DNA of 64,000 nucleotides. Source: Bdellovibrionales bacterium. GTDB lineage: Bacteria; Bdellovibrionota; Bdellovibrionia; Bdellovibrionales; DASUEL01. The stretch lies in the NCBI GenBank assembly GCA_050250255.1, contig JBFWOZ010000001.1:32001-96000 (forward strand), in the 5' to 3' direction. The translations under genes were made by a program, and so were the position numbers. This document shows positions 1 to 9,348 of this stretch, one piece after another. The notes under the pieces were generated by a model that ran no database searches, was not told where the DNA came from, and saw only the letters and a program-made list of their open reading frames with translations. Numbering within the stretch: position 1 is the first letter of the stretch; each line of letters starts with the position of its first letter.

Positions 1-2095
1 CCAGAAACTGTTTGTTCCAAAAATCAAGACGGTAAATCGCACCAACGGTATTAGGAAACATGATGAAGGTGTATTCTTCCTTCGCTTGTAGGCGGGGATT
101 ATTTTTAAATCGCCCTTTACCCTGAGCGGTGAATACTCCCGTACCACCTTTTAAACCGAGCTTCCCAAAGGATTGGAACATCTGCCATTCAAAGTCGGTG
201 TACACGATGGTGCCCGCGGAGCTGGAGTACACATCATCAAAGCGTACAGGATCGCCATTCACACTGTTATTTTGTAAGGAGGCGGGACGAAAGCTTCCGA
301 CTCGAAGTGAAGCGGCGTATTTTTGCGGGCTGAATTTAGGTGGGTATTGAATCTCGCGTTTTTTTTTAGAAATTTTCGCAGGAGGAAGCATTTGTTTTTC
401 GAGCTCGAAAATGGTGTCTTTTTTCCCGCTGATTCTTGTTCGTCGAACACGCTGCTTTTGCTCAATCATTTCTGCTTGTGTTTTCAACTCTTCAATTTTT
501 TGATTGTCAGAATCGAGTTGCTGTTGATCGGTCATCAAACTCTTTTCAACTTTTTGCAGCTTATTCTGAATGGCTTCTTTACGTTCGGAAGTCAGCGGAA
601 TGGTTTTGCTTGGTGCCTCGGTGGTTGGTGGGGCTTCTTGAATCACCACGGGTGGTTCTTCATTGGGAGATACATAAGGTGCTTCAGCGGGTGGAGCGTC
701 TTCCTCGGGTGGAAGCGACTCTTCTTGCGCGCGAAGAGTTTGGGCCCAAAGTGCTGCTGAAATAAAAACGAAGAAAAGAAACAGACGATTTTTTTTGAGT
801 ACAAAAACGGGAAGAGAGCTCTTCACGCGTAATCTTGTAACCATAAAAGTGACTAAAATAAAAAGACTCATGAAAGTCAAAAGCGCAAAGACAAAAGAAA
901 ATTCTAAAGCCAAAGTGGCAAACGCCCAAAATGGAAGAAGCACAAAGCGAACCGCACCACGTGCCCATTCACGGTCGCGAATCCAATCGGCAACAGGTGG
1001 GCTGTGCTTGTAGTAGAATTTTACAAAGCTGCGTCCTAGAGAGTGAGATTGAAGAAATTGGCTACGGAATTGTCGAAGGACAAGAACGTGAGGTTCAAAA
1101 GAAGAACCGTACGCAGCCGTCGCAATAAAGCAATTCGCTTCTTTAGTAAGCACTCCAACTACTTCGCTTGGAGCGGCTCGATGTCTGGTTGGGGTACTAT
1201 AAGAGGTAAAGAAACCTATGTTTTCAGCTTTGTCGACATTGGCTAAGCGAAAGCAATAGTAAACATCGTTTTGAAAACCTTCGACCATATCTTCGTATTC
1301 GGCCCCACCGGTCGATTTCACACCAACAGGAATTTCTTTAAAAGGAGTGGTGTCGAATGAATAAGACGCATCTGTCACAGAAGTTTCGGTTTCGCAGGGA
1401 AGATAATAGAGTCGCACGCTCTTAAAAGCAAGGTTTCCAGATCTTGTGGGATATAGCCCATCACTCACGTCGAGAGAAAGATAAATTTTTTCATCTCCTG
1501 GAAACACTGACAGATCGCAAGCACCAGTACCGGCAGTAGTGGGAGTGCAGGTAGTTGTGTTTTGAGTAGAGGTATCCAAGGACTGGAAGCTCACGGTTAC
1601 AGAGATACTATTGTCTGGAGAGGTGCCAATTTTTAGTGTTGGAGATTTAATTGTTCCACCAGAATTACAACTTCCGCTGTTAATTCGATTACAGATTTCA
1701 GTCCAATCTAAAGTGACAAAAGCAGTTTGGCCTGCTGTTACGGAACTAGACGCAGAAACAACGGTGAGTGCTGCGTCGGCGGAGGTGTAGGCCTGTGCGG
1801 CTCCTGCATCGGTATCCGAAGTGAAGCTAAATGTAACGTAACTGCCATCCTTCACAAATCTTGTAGAGCAAGCAACGCCAGTTCCGATACTTCCAGTACA
1901 ATTGCTACAGGTTTCAGTAATGCTTCCCGTGGTGCAATCCGTGCCAGTTCGACCTACATAGACTGTAGCTGTTGTTGCGGTGATTTCTTTATTGGAGTAA
2001 GCGCCAGAAATATCGGTGATAGTGATCGCCGCAAACGCAGAGGACGACCACAAGAATGTGCCTAAAAGGAGGACTTGGATGAAAGCTTGTTTCAT
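1..2095 (-). CDS. Partial (runs off window) secreted Cys/Thr-rich protein with CFI-box-CTERM domain fused in frame to a coiled-coil and outer-membrane beta-barrel-like region
   Basis: Manual translation from ATG 2095 (MKQAFIQVLLLGTFLWSSSAFA) is stop-free to base 1; contains NCFIATAAYGS..LRQFR..GRSFVKFYYKHSPPVADWI at ~1135-980, a TM segment, a second signal-like segment, then beta-strand-like GTIVYTDFEWQMFQSFGKLGLKGGTG. Not in the ORF track because the stop lies outside the window. Confidence 0.85.
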   Translation of the reverse strand, partial: MKQAFIQVLLLGTFLWSSSAFAAITITDISGAYSNKEITATTATVYVGRTGTDCTTGSITETCSNCTGSIGTGVACSTRFVKDGSYVTFSFTSDTDAGAAQAYTSADAALTVVSASSSVTAGQTAFVTLDWTEICNRINSGSCNSGGTIKSPTLKIGTSPDNSISVTVSFQSLDTSTQNTTTCTPTTAGTGACDLSVFPGDEKIYLSLDVSDGLYPTRSGNLAFKSVRLYYLPCETETSVTDASYSFDTTPFKEIPVGVKSTGGAEYEDMVEGFQNDVYYCFRLANVDKAENIGFFTSYSTPTRHRAAPSEVVGVLTKEANCFIATAAYGSSFEPHVLVLRQFRSQFLQSHSLGRSFVKFYYKHSPPVADWIRDREWARGAVRFVLLPFWAFATLALEFSFVFALLTFMSLFILVTFMVTRLRVKSSLPVFVLKKNRLFLFFVFISAALWAQTLRAQEESLPPEEDAPPAEAPYVSPNEEPPVVIQEAPPTTEAPSKTIPLTSERKEAIQNKLQKVEKSLMTDQQQLDSDNQKIEELKTQAEMIEQKQRVRRTRISGKKDTIFELEKQMLPPAKISKKKREIQYPPKFSPQKYAASLRVGSFRPASLQNNSVNGDPVRFDDVYSSSAGTIVYTDFEWQMFQSFGKLGLKGGTGVFTAQGKGRFKNNPRLQAKEEYTFIMFPNTVGAIYRLDFWNKQFL

Positions 2096-2107
2096 CTAAA
2101 TATCTGA

Positions 2108-3148
2108 TCACGAGCCTCGGGTTATGTCAAAAATTTGCTCGGCGATTTGAATGCCGTTAAGAGCAGCGCCTTTACGCACGTTATCGGCGGCAATCCACAT
2201 CAGCCAAGTGCGGGGATCGTCGCTGTCACGGCGAATACGGCCCACATAGACGGGATCTTTCCCGGAGACCGTAATGGACATGGGATAAGAGTTGTTCGAT
2301 GGATCATCCATCACTTCGATACCAGCGGCGGGTCGAAGAGTTCTTAAGATATCTTCGTGATTTACGGTGCGATCGAGCGTCACCCACACAGCTTCACAGT
2401 GAGAGTTGAGTGCAGGGACACGAACCGCCGTCGCGGTGATTTTAAGATTTGGGAGCTCCATAATCTTTTTGGTTTCGCCCATGATCTTAAGCTCTTCTTC
2501 GCTAAAACCTGTGTCGTTGATCTCACCAATTTGGGGAATCACATTGAAAGCAATTGGATGTGGTAAATATTGTGGCTTTAAATCATTAGGAGCCGCTTTA
2601 TTGAGCACTTCTTGCGATTGCGTTTTTAATTCTTCAATAGCATCACGACCAGCCCCACTCACGGCTTGGTAGCTCGAGACCACCACTTTCGAAATCCCGA
2701 AAGCTTTTTGCAGAGGCTGGAGAACTGCGACAAGTTGAATCGTTGAGCAATTAGGATTAGCGATCAAAGCGGGTTTTGTTGCGGGAGGAAGAAGATGCCC
2801 GTTCACTTCCGGAACGACGAGAGGAATTTCTTTATTCATGCGAAATGCAGAAGAATTATCGATGGCAAAAGCGCCCTCTTTCACCGCAATCGGCGCCCAT
2901 TCGCGACTGATGGGATTTCCGGCAGAGAAAAACACGACATCGAGTCCACGAAAACAATTTTCCGAGAGAGTTTGTACGGAAATATTTTGTCCACGAAACT
3001 TAATTGTCGAGCCTTCGGATTTTTGACCCGCAAAAGCACGGAGTTCGCCGATGGAAATTTTGCGATCTTCTAAGATTTTAATAAATTCTTGGCCAACGAT
3101 ACCTGTTGCACCAACAACGCCAACATTCATGAGAGAGCTGGGAGCCAT
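2108..3148 (-). CDS. asd: Aspartate-semialdehyde dehydrogenase
   Basis: VGATGIVG, IDNSSAFRM, PLVVPEVN, ANPNCSTIQ, SYQAVSGAG, DNVRKGAALN motifs. Confidence 0.97.
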   Translation of the reverse strand: MAPSSLMNVGVVGATGIVGQEFIKILEDRKISIGELRAFAGQKSEGSTIKFRGQNISVQTLSENCFRGLDVVFFSAGNPISREWAPIAVKEGAFAIDNSSAFRMNKEIPLVVPEVNGHLLPPATKPALIANPNCSTIQLVAVLQPLQKAFGISKVVVSSYQAVSGAGRDAIEELKTQSQEVLNKAAPNDLKPQYLPHPIAFNVIPQIGEINDTGFSEEELKIMGETKKIMELPNLKITATAVRVPALNSHCEAVWVTLDRTVNHEDILRTLRPAAGIEVMDDPSNNSYPMSITVSGKDPVYVGRIRRDSDDPRTWLMWIAADNVRKGAALNGIQIAEQIFDITRGS

Positions 3149-3993
3149 TAATCGCCTCCTGTGTAATCATCCTCAAAAGAAGGCGTGTTGACGTAAACTT
3201 GGGCTGTGGTCTTCTTTTTTCCGATATTTAAAATTCCAAAAATAGCACCTAAAAGAGCGTAAGTGAGAAAGAGAACAAAGAGCATCACTTCGGGTCTTAA
3301 AGCCACGACCACAAGAAGGACCGTTGCGGTTACGAGATAGCGGAAGGGAAGTCGCTCTTTCAAATCGAGATCCTTAAAACTGCGATAGCGAAACGTGCTC
3401 ACCATCACGAAAGAAAGTAAGAAAGTCATAAGGAGCAGCGGTAAACTTTTGTAAGCTTCAAGTCCTAAATCGTGAAAGCAAAGCACAGATCCTGAGACAA
3501 TGCCTGCGGCCATTGGAATCGGAAGGCCTTGAAAATCTTTTCGCTCGACGATGTGAGCTTGAACGTTAAAACGAGCGAGTCGTAAAGCTCCGCAAGCTAC
3601 AAAAAGAAATGCTGCGAGCCAACCGAGTCGACCAAAAGGTTGCAGGGCCCAGAGAAACATTAAAATCGCAGGCGCCATTCCAAAGCTGATCAGATCACTG
3701 AGAGAATCATACTCGGCACCGAAGTGACTGGTGGTGTTCGTCATGCGTGCGACACGTCCGTCGAAAAGATCAAATGCGGCGGCGGCGACAATCGCGTAAG
3801 CGGCCGTAAGATAATCACCTTTGATGGAGTAGATGACCGACATAAATCCAAAAAACATGTTGGCCGTGGTGAAGAGATTCGGAAGAATGTAAATCGAAAG
3901 AGGTACACGATTTCGCAATCGGATGCGTCTCTTCTCAACTCCCTTTAATTCTCGACGTTTCAATGAAAACTTTTTGATGTGATCTAACTCCAT
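3148..3993 (-). CDS. pssA: CDP-diacylglycerol--serine O-phosphatidyltransferase
   Basis: LPNLFT, DLFDGRVAR..FGAEYDSLSDLISFG, ALRLARFN, FQGLPIP; stop overlaps asd start. Confidence 0.95.
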   Translation of the reverse strand: MELDHIKKFSLKRRELKGVEKRRIRLRNRVPLSIYILPNLFTTANMFFGFMSVIYSIKGDYLTAAYAIVAAAAFDLFDGRVARMTNTTSHFGAEYDSLSDLISFGMAPAILMFLWALQPFGRLGWLAAFLFVACGALRLARFNVQAHIVERKDFQGLPIPMAAGIVSGSVLCFHDLGLEAYKSLPLLLMTFLLSFVMVSTFRYRSFKDLDLKERLPFRYLVTATVLLVVVALRPEVMLFVLFLTYALLGAIFGILNIGKKKTTAQVYVNTPSFEDDYTGGD

Positions 3994-4032
3994 GTGCAAT
4001 GTTTTACCACAGGATCTAAGGGGTCACAAGAG

Positions 4033-4297
4033 TAGAACCCATCTCATAAATAGGCAAGCCCCGACGATTTCCCAATAGTTCCAAGACCGCGGCACGAGGA
4101 GGAGTCATAGTGGTGCTATGCCGACGACGAGTAACAAAGGGATTGGAACTATTGGGAATCGCCCAAGGGTTTTTTGTTATTGTTTCAATCTCTTCGTTGC
4201 TCCTTCTCACCATAGTACCACTATGCTTCGTCGTCGCGCCTTGATCTTGAATCAATAACAAAAAATCGGGGTTTGCCTATTTATGAGATGGGTTCTA
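4033..4297. mobile_element. MITE-like palindromic element with 32-bp terminal inverted repeats
   Basis: TAGAACCCATCTCATAAATAGGCAAGCCCCGA (4033-4064) matches the reverse complement of 4266-4297 with 1 mismatch; two nested internal hairpins; no transposase. Confidence 0.75.
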
Positions 4298-4298
4298 A

Positions 4299-5057
4299 CT
4301 AAGCGAAGCCACCAAAGGTCATGAAAAGAAACCACAGCAAGGTGGAGCTATAAATAGGAAATGAGAAATTATCATCCCATTTTCCGAGAGGAATAACTTC
4401 TGAAACCGCGCCAATTAAACCTGTGATGAGGGCGACTAAAATCGCGCGTTCCGCCATGACATTGTTATAGAGAAAGTACACATAACTCACGAGAGTGCAG
4501 ACCAGAAAAGCGGCGCAAGCTCCCTGGAGGCTTTTATTTCTCCAGATTTTGTCTTTTCCAAAGCGAACTCCGAAGATAGTCGCTGCCGGATCGCCAAAAG
4601 CGAGCATGAGGAGGCTCAACTCAACAATCGATCTCGGGAAGAGAGTTGTAATAATAAAAATCCCGAGGAAGAGGTAAGTTACGCCTGACAGTGCGTTGAC
4701 TTCACTTTCTCGAAGAATGGGTCGAAACCACTTTAAGACAAATTGGTTTAAACGTGGAATATGGAGTCTTAGAAAATCGGGTAGTGCGAAAATGAGAAGC
4801 GCAAAAACGAGCAAAATTAAGGCGCTGGGATAATTCACGGCTTGGTAAATAAGGGCAATGGCTAAGACTCCCAAGACATGCCAGATTCGTCTGGCCCAAT
4901 GAATCGCCGCACGTGGCTTATAGGTCCCAGAATTCATCCCTAACGGGGTGGATTGAGGCTGAGAAGGACGATGTTGAGTGTTCTGATCCAAAGGTGCCTG
5001 TCCTGGTGGGGTTTTCGACCTAGAAAAATTTGTTGGTTCTGTTTTCACTGAGAGCAT
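4299..5057 (-). CDS. Membrane diacylglycerol/polyprenol kinase (phytol/dolichol kinase-like, cytidylyltransferase family)
   Basis: RRIWH, LAFGDPAATIFGVRFG, KSLQG, DDNF motifs; multiple TM helices. Confidence 0.85.
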   Translation of the reverse strand: MLSVKTEPTNFSRSKTPPGQAPLDQNTQHRPSQPQSTPLGMNSGTYKPRAAIHWARRIWHVLGVLAIALIYQAVNYPSALILLVFALLIFALPDFLRLHIPRLNQFVLKWFRPILRESEVNALSGVTYLFLGIFIITTLFPRSIVELSLLMLAFGDPAATIFGVRFGKDKIWRNKSLQGACAAFLVCTLVSYVYFLYNNVMAERAILVALITGLIGAVSEVIPLGKWDDNFSFPIYSSTLLWFLFMTFGGFA

Positions 5058-5356
5058 GTCCTCAACTTGATCTTACAACTATGAGAACGAAATAAACCCC
5101 GCCCCCAACACAGAGTCATGACAAAGCCTGGGATTGAATTCAACCAGAAGCGCATGTCCTGAGCCGCTTTGTGTCACTTGTGGGGTTACAGAGGGTTTAA
5201 GGCTGACAACATAAATAATTGAAATAACTAAATAAAATAAAAAACCAGAAAAAAGTGAACCGGAAATAATCAAGGGGAGCTCTTAGCTGATGTGGGATGT
5301 GATTTAATAAGCAGGAACCTGTCTCTCAGTTGGTACTGGAATTGAAATACCTCAGG

Positions 5357-6232
5357 ATGAGGAAGTGTACTTTGGCGACATGGATTTCAAAAATTCTTAT
5401 CATTTTGACGGCGACCACAGTGCCGGCGGTTTCCTATGGAAATTGGCGTTCTCCGGCTTTAATGAAAGATTTGGTCGCGCTTCGCGCGCCTGACAGTGAT
5501 TATATTTCTAGCATCGAAGAGGATCGTCAAAACGAAGCAAAAGAATTGATTTTGGTTCCGGTGCCAGCAGGATTTGTTCGCGCAGATTTTAAAACCAGCC
5601 TTTTTACAGATTCTCTCAGTAAAGAATTTATAGAACGCTACCGGGAAAAATTGGGTTACACCGAAGCGGAACAAAACGCTCAGACTCCCGTCGATTTAAA
5701 AGCTTACGGCGATAGTACCGGTTACACCGAAGAAGTGAAACGCCATCGAGAAAAACAAAGAGAGTTTGGGGAGTACATGTTCCGTCGATTGGCGGAGTTT
5801 CATGTCGATAACTACTTCAAGTCCGAACCAAAGCTTAAAAAAGTTTATGAGATGAAAGAGCGTTTGAGTAATCTTGACGTGAGAGTGAACGAATCGACAA
5901 AGTTAAATACGAATTATTCCTTTAGCGGTAACTTCATCACGGCAACCTTAGAAAACCCTTACATCAACGCCCGAGCGCGCTTCGAAATGAATCCCGCTCA
6001 ATTAGGTCCAGGCCCCGTGGAAGAAACGATTCTGTCTCTCTACAGAAATATCACCGAAACATTTTCGTTCGAAAATCACTACAAATTGACTCAACAGATT
6101 TTAAGTTTGGTCGGTAGAAAAAGTTTCTCTGAACGGTTGCAATCGACGTTGACACTTTCTAACAGCTTTATCGATTTAAAAGATAAACCCAAAGAGTCCA
6201 TCGCGCTCGCGGGACTCCTCTTCGTTTACTAA
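5357..6232 (+). CDS. Exported hypothetical protein, beta-rich C-terminus
   Basis: ~291-aa ORF with signal peptide; ends in aromatic residue (LLFVY). Confidence 0.75.
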   Translation: MRKCTLATWISKILIILTATTVPAVSYGNWRSPALMKDLVALRAPDSDYISSIEEDRQNEAKELILVPVPAGFVRADFKTSLFTDSLSKEFIERYREKLGYTEAEQNAQTPVDLKAYGDSTGYTEEVKRHREKQREFGEYMFRRLAEFHVDNYFKSEPKLKKVYEMKERLSNLDVRVNESTKLNTNYSFSGNFITATLENPYINARARFEMNPAQLGPGPVEETILSLYRNITETFSFENHYKLTQQILSLVGRKSFSERLQSTLTLSNSFIDLKDKPKESIALAGLLFVY

Positions 6233-6236
6233 TTCA

Positions 6237-6385
6237 GTTTGAGGTTGGAGGTTTAACGTTTGAGGTTTGTCGTACCGTTTAGGGTTTGAGGTCTAAACCA
6301 CCAATGGTGCTCAACCGAAAACTCAAACGATAAACCTCTAACGGCACCTCAAACCTTCAACCCCAAACGACAAACCTCCAACCGA
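6237..6385. repeat. Inverted array of degenerate 7-nt tandem repeats (GGTTTGA-like) between convergent genes
   Basis: Left half GGTTGGA GGTTTAA CGTTTGA GGTTTGT; right half carries reverse-complement units (AAACCTCCAACC, ACGACAAACCTC). Confidence 0.7.
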
Positions 6386-6387
6386 GT

Positions 6388-7560
6388 TTAAGTAAACCTT
6401 CGGGCCGATAACCACGGCTCGATGTCGCGGCCGTAAATCACATCGACCAATCTTTTTGTCGTGTGAAAAGATAAACCAATTCCGTGAGCGGTATAGCCGC
6501 CCGCAAAAAACACCTGCGGATCGTCAGGCAATGCGCCGACCATCGGTTCGCCATCTTTTGAAAAACCCATCACTCCCGACCAGCGGTGCGTGACTCTCGA
6601 ATTTTTGTAATTCGGGAGATGTTCATTCACAAATTTTTGGAGTGCGACTTGGATGCCTTCGGTGATGTTGTCGGAAATCCCTACTTCTGTTTCTTTTTCC
6701 ACTTGGCGGAAGCCTCCGATGAGAAGTTCTCCCGTTGGCATTTGACGGAAATAATCTAAATAAAAATTTGCATAGCAAGGAGCATCCATAAAGCGGGGCA
6801 CGGATTCCATCATCAGACACTGTCCGCGAGTAGGAAAAATCTTATCTTGGAACCAGGGATGCAACGTAAAGGAATAACCGTTGAGATTTAACAGAATGAG
6901 TGGGGCTTCGAAGTCCCCTTTATCGGTTTTTAAAATGCGAGTTTGTTCATTCGTCGACTCAATTCCAAAAGCTTCAACACCTTCGTGAAGGTCGGATTTT
7001 GTTTTTGAAAAGATGTGGTTTACAAGTTTTACGGGATTGACGGAAGCATCGTCGAGATACTTGATGCCGCCCACAAAATTGTGTGCGCCAACACGTTTTT
7101 CAGCAGTCTGCTGATCGATAATCTCGGTGCGAATTTTTAAATCGTTCATGATTTGAGCGACTTTTTTTAGTTCCTCAAATTCATTGGGTTGAGTGGCGAG
7201 AGAATAAGCGCCGTTATGTTCAAACTCGAGTTTCTCTGCGTCGTCTTGGACAATTTCTTGTTTTAAAAGGCGTAAGTTCTCTTGAGCAAATCGCCAGATC
7301 TCAGTGGCTTGGGCAAGGCCATGCTTATTGATCATGCGGTTGAAATGTTCCACCGATCCGCAAGTGATGAAGCCCGCGTTTCTTCCGCTTGCACCAAAGC
7401 ACATTCGGGATTTTTCGACGATGGCAATTTTTAAAGAGGGATCTTCTTTGTGCAACCAGTATGCGGTGGAGAGGCCAGAGATTCCGGCACCAACAATGAT
7501 GGCGTCGTAGCTGCGGCGATCATGGTGAGACGAACGGTCGAGCCAAAAAGAAGTACTCAT
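6388..7560 (-). CDS. FAD-dependent oxidoreductase (DAO/PuuB-like)
   Basis: IVGAGISGLSTA, GASGRNAG, WSGVMGFSKDGEP, GYTAHG. Confidence 0.9.
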   Translation of the reverse strand: MSTSFWLDRSSHHDRRSYDAIIVGAGISGLSTAYWLHKEDPSLKIAIVEKSRMCFGASGRNAGFITCGSVEHFNRMINKHGLAQATEIWRFAQENLRLLKQEIVQDDAEKLEFEHNGAYSLATQPNEFEELKKVAQIMNDLKIRTEIIDQQTAEKRVGAHNFVGGIKYLDDASVNPVKLVNHIFSKTKSDLHEGVEAFGIESTNEQTRILKTDKGDFEAPLILLNLNGYSFTLHPWFQDKIFPTRGQCLMMESVPRFMDAPCYANFYLDYFRQMPTGELLIGGFRQVEKETEVGISDNITEGIQVALQKFVNEHLPNYKNSRVTHRWSGVMGFSKDGEPMVGALPDDPQVFFAGGYTAHGIGLSFHTTKRLVDVIYGRDIEPWLSARRFT

Positions 7561-8126
7561 AATTGATCTATCTCCAAATACATTTCTTGGGCGGTACAAA
7601 GACAAGGAGGTTTCAAACACCTTGTGCAGTTGTAATCAACGTCTTTCCAATAGTGAAGATGCTCTTTAACAACATTGAATCCCAATTTTTTTAAGTAACG
7701 AGTCGAGGAGTCATTAGGGCTCTCTTTCCAGGAGTGGCACACGACACCCTTCGTGTTCAATTTTTTGAGTGTCTCGAGGGAATGGCGTGAGAGCTTGCCT
7801 CCCCATCCTTCACCCTGAAGATCAGCCGACAAAAAGAGGGATTGAAAGTAGGCGGTGTTTTCAAGCGGGTAGGGCCAAGCTTGAACGGTGAGTCCGCTGC
7901 CTTTGCCCTTTTCCCATTTGCCCGCGGGATAAGTTATACGAACCCCTTTGATTTTTTGTTCAGGATTTTTCAAGACGAAGGAGCACATCACTTCTTGCGA
8001 AGAAGACTTTTGAAAAATCTCTTCGAGTTCTTTTCGGCTGTAATATCCTTTTCCAATTTCGGCGTCGGTAAAGGCCTGTACGGCCTCTAAGTCTTCCCAT
8101 CGTAAAGGTTCAATTTTTAGTGACAT
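7557..8126 (-). CDS. GNAT-family N-acetyltransferase-like protein with Cys-rich tail
   Basis: LQGEGWGGKL acetyl-CoA motif, YLKKLGF; C-terminal CTRC..PCLC. Confidence 0.75.
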   Translation of the reverse strand: MSLKIEPLRWEDLEAVQAFTDAEIGKGYYSRKELEEIFQKSSSQEVMCSFVLKNPEQKIKGVRITYPAGKWEKGKGSGLTVQAWPYPLENTAYFQSLFLSADLQGEGWGGKLSRHSLETLKKLNTKGVVCHSWKESPNDSSTRYLKKLGFNVVKEHLHYWKDVDYNCTRCLKPPCLCTAQEMYLEIDQL

Positions 8127-8200
8127 GCAGGGTGTCCTACCAAGGCATAAAAGGGGAGGCAAGAATTAAACGGGTCGCCGTCATCTCAAAACGATACGCC

Positions 8201-8228
8201 TAAAGTCCGGTCAAAATTCTGCCGAATT
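8201..8228 (+). promoter_or_regulatory. Putative sigma28 (FliA)-type promoter
   Basis: TAAA-N16-GCCGAATT about 40 nt upstream of ORF 8269. Confidence 0.45.
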
Positions 8229-8268
8229 ATTCTTTGTACGAAACGTTTCGAAGAACAAGGATGGACCT

Positions 8269-8772
8269 TTGGCTAAGCCCATTTCGAATTTACGCAAGAC
8301 TCAGCAAATGCTGAATCAGCTCACTGTAGGAATTGTGACTGTCTTTGGCGTTATCTCCGCGTTTACCATCTTTAGCTCTCCCATTTCGATGAATAGCTCA
8401 GATGTGATGATGGCTCCTTCTGAAGGCCTTCGCGGTCCAGCTTCTGTTGGGGTTACCAATGAAATGGGAAAGCAAGTTACCGTAGATGTACTAACAATTG
8501 AATGTGGAAAGGACATTGAGGTTCTCTCTCAATCTCCACAAGTACGACTTCGAGGAAGTATCTGTGCTCAAGAGTCCCAGGCTCAATTGAAAAGCTCTTC
8601 AATTAAAAATAAAGATAACAAAGACGTGGCGACCGTATTTTTAATGAATCGAGATTTCACTACTGATGTGATCCATTTATCTAAGGATCATAACGAACTC
8701 ACAATTGTGAATAAGCTTAGCAACGGGGAAACAGAAACCCGTCTTCTCAAAATCCGACTTAAAAAAATGTAG
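8269..8772 (+). CDS. Hypothetical membrane-anchored protein
   Basis: 167-aa ORF, single N-terminal TM, beta-rich C-terminal domain. Confidence 0.7.
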   Translation: MAKPISNLRKTQQMLNQLTVGIVTVFGVISAFTIFSSPISMNSSDVMMAPSEGLRGPASVGVTNEMGKQVTVDVLTIECGKDIEVLSQSPQVRLRGSICAQESQAQLKSSSIKNKDNKDVATVFLMNRDFTTDVIHLSKDHNELTIVNKLSNGETETRLLKIRLKKM

Positions 8773-8777
8773 ATAAA

Positions 8778-9278
8778 TTAACGAGCGCTCTCGCGGATAA
8801 ATCGGCTGAGATAAAATCTCACCATATTGTCGAGATCCGTGATGCGTGTTTTACGAAAACACCAGTGAAGCTCGTTGAAAGCTCCCCATTGGGCTTCGAT
8901 TACATCTTCATCTGTGGGTGAGCTGGTTTCAACCGCTGCGGGAGTGCCGGGCACAAAACCGCTATGGCTTGTTTTGATGGCGACGGTGCCGGGTTTTTTC
9001 ATTGTGAAAATCATTTTTTGGCCGTTACGGAACAGCATGAAATCCGCTTTGGTATTCGCGATTCCATAGATCTTAATATTACCAATCGCAACGCCCTTCA
9101 TTTGATTGAAGGCACTGGAATAATCGACAAAAGATTCTTTGAGTTTTTCTAAAAAAATATGGGTTTCATCTTCAACAGCTTTTTGGCCGTCAAAACCAAT
9201 CGTAAAATCCACCATGTCAGCTTCTTCAAGCTGCTGTTCGGATCTTACAAGATCGCGTACCCAATCCAGTTTACTCAT
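8778..9278 (-). CDS. Hypothetical cytoplasmic protein
   Basis: 166-aa ORF with GGGGG SD-like signal, fills space between neighbours. Confidence 0.8.
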   Translation of the reverse strand: MSKLDWVRDLVRSEQQLEEADMVDFTIGFDGQKAVEDETHIFLEKLKESFVDYSSAFNQMKGVAIGNIKIYGIANTKADFMLFRNGQKMIFTMKKPGTVAIKTSHSGFVPGTPAAVETSSPTDEDVIEAQWGAFNELHWCFRKTRITDLDNMVRFYLSRFIRESAR

Positions 9279-9348
9279 GCAACCCCCCGTACCTCTTTAA
9301 ATTATAGGATGAGTTTGGCTAGCTATGTCAAGGCGACAGATTCTTTAA

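Noticed and set aside
323..2065. Plus-strand ORFs 323-760, 436-765, 1727-2065 and others
   Set aside because: Antisense shadows of the long minus-strand ORF starting at 2095
4016..4261. 81-aa minus ORF
   Set aside because: Lies within the palindromic element; no SD or recognisable protein features
5330..5346. Sigma54-like TGGTAC..TTGA upstream of ORF 5357
   Set aside because: The -12 element reads GA instead of GC; too weak to call
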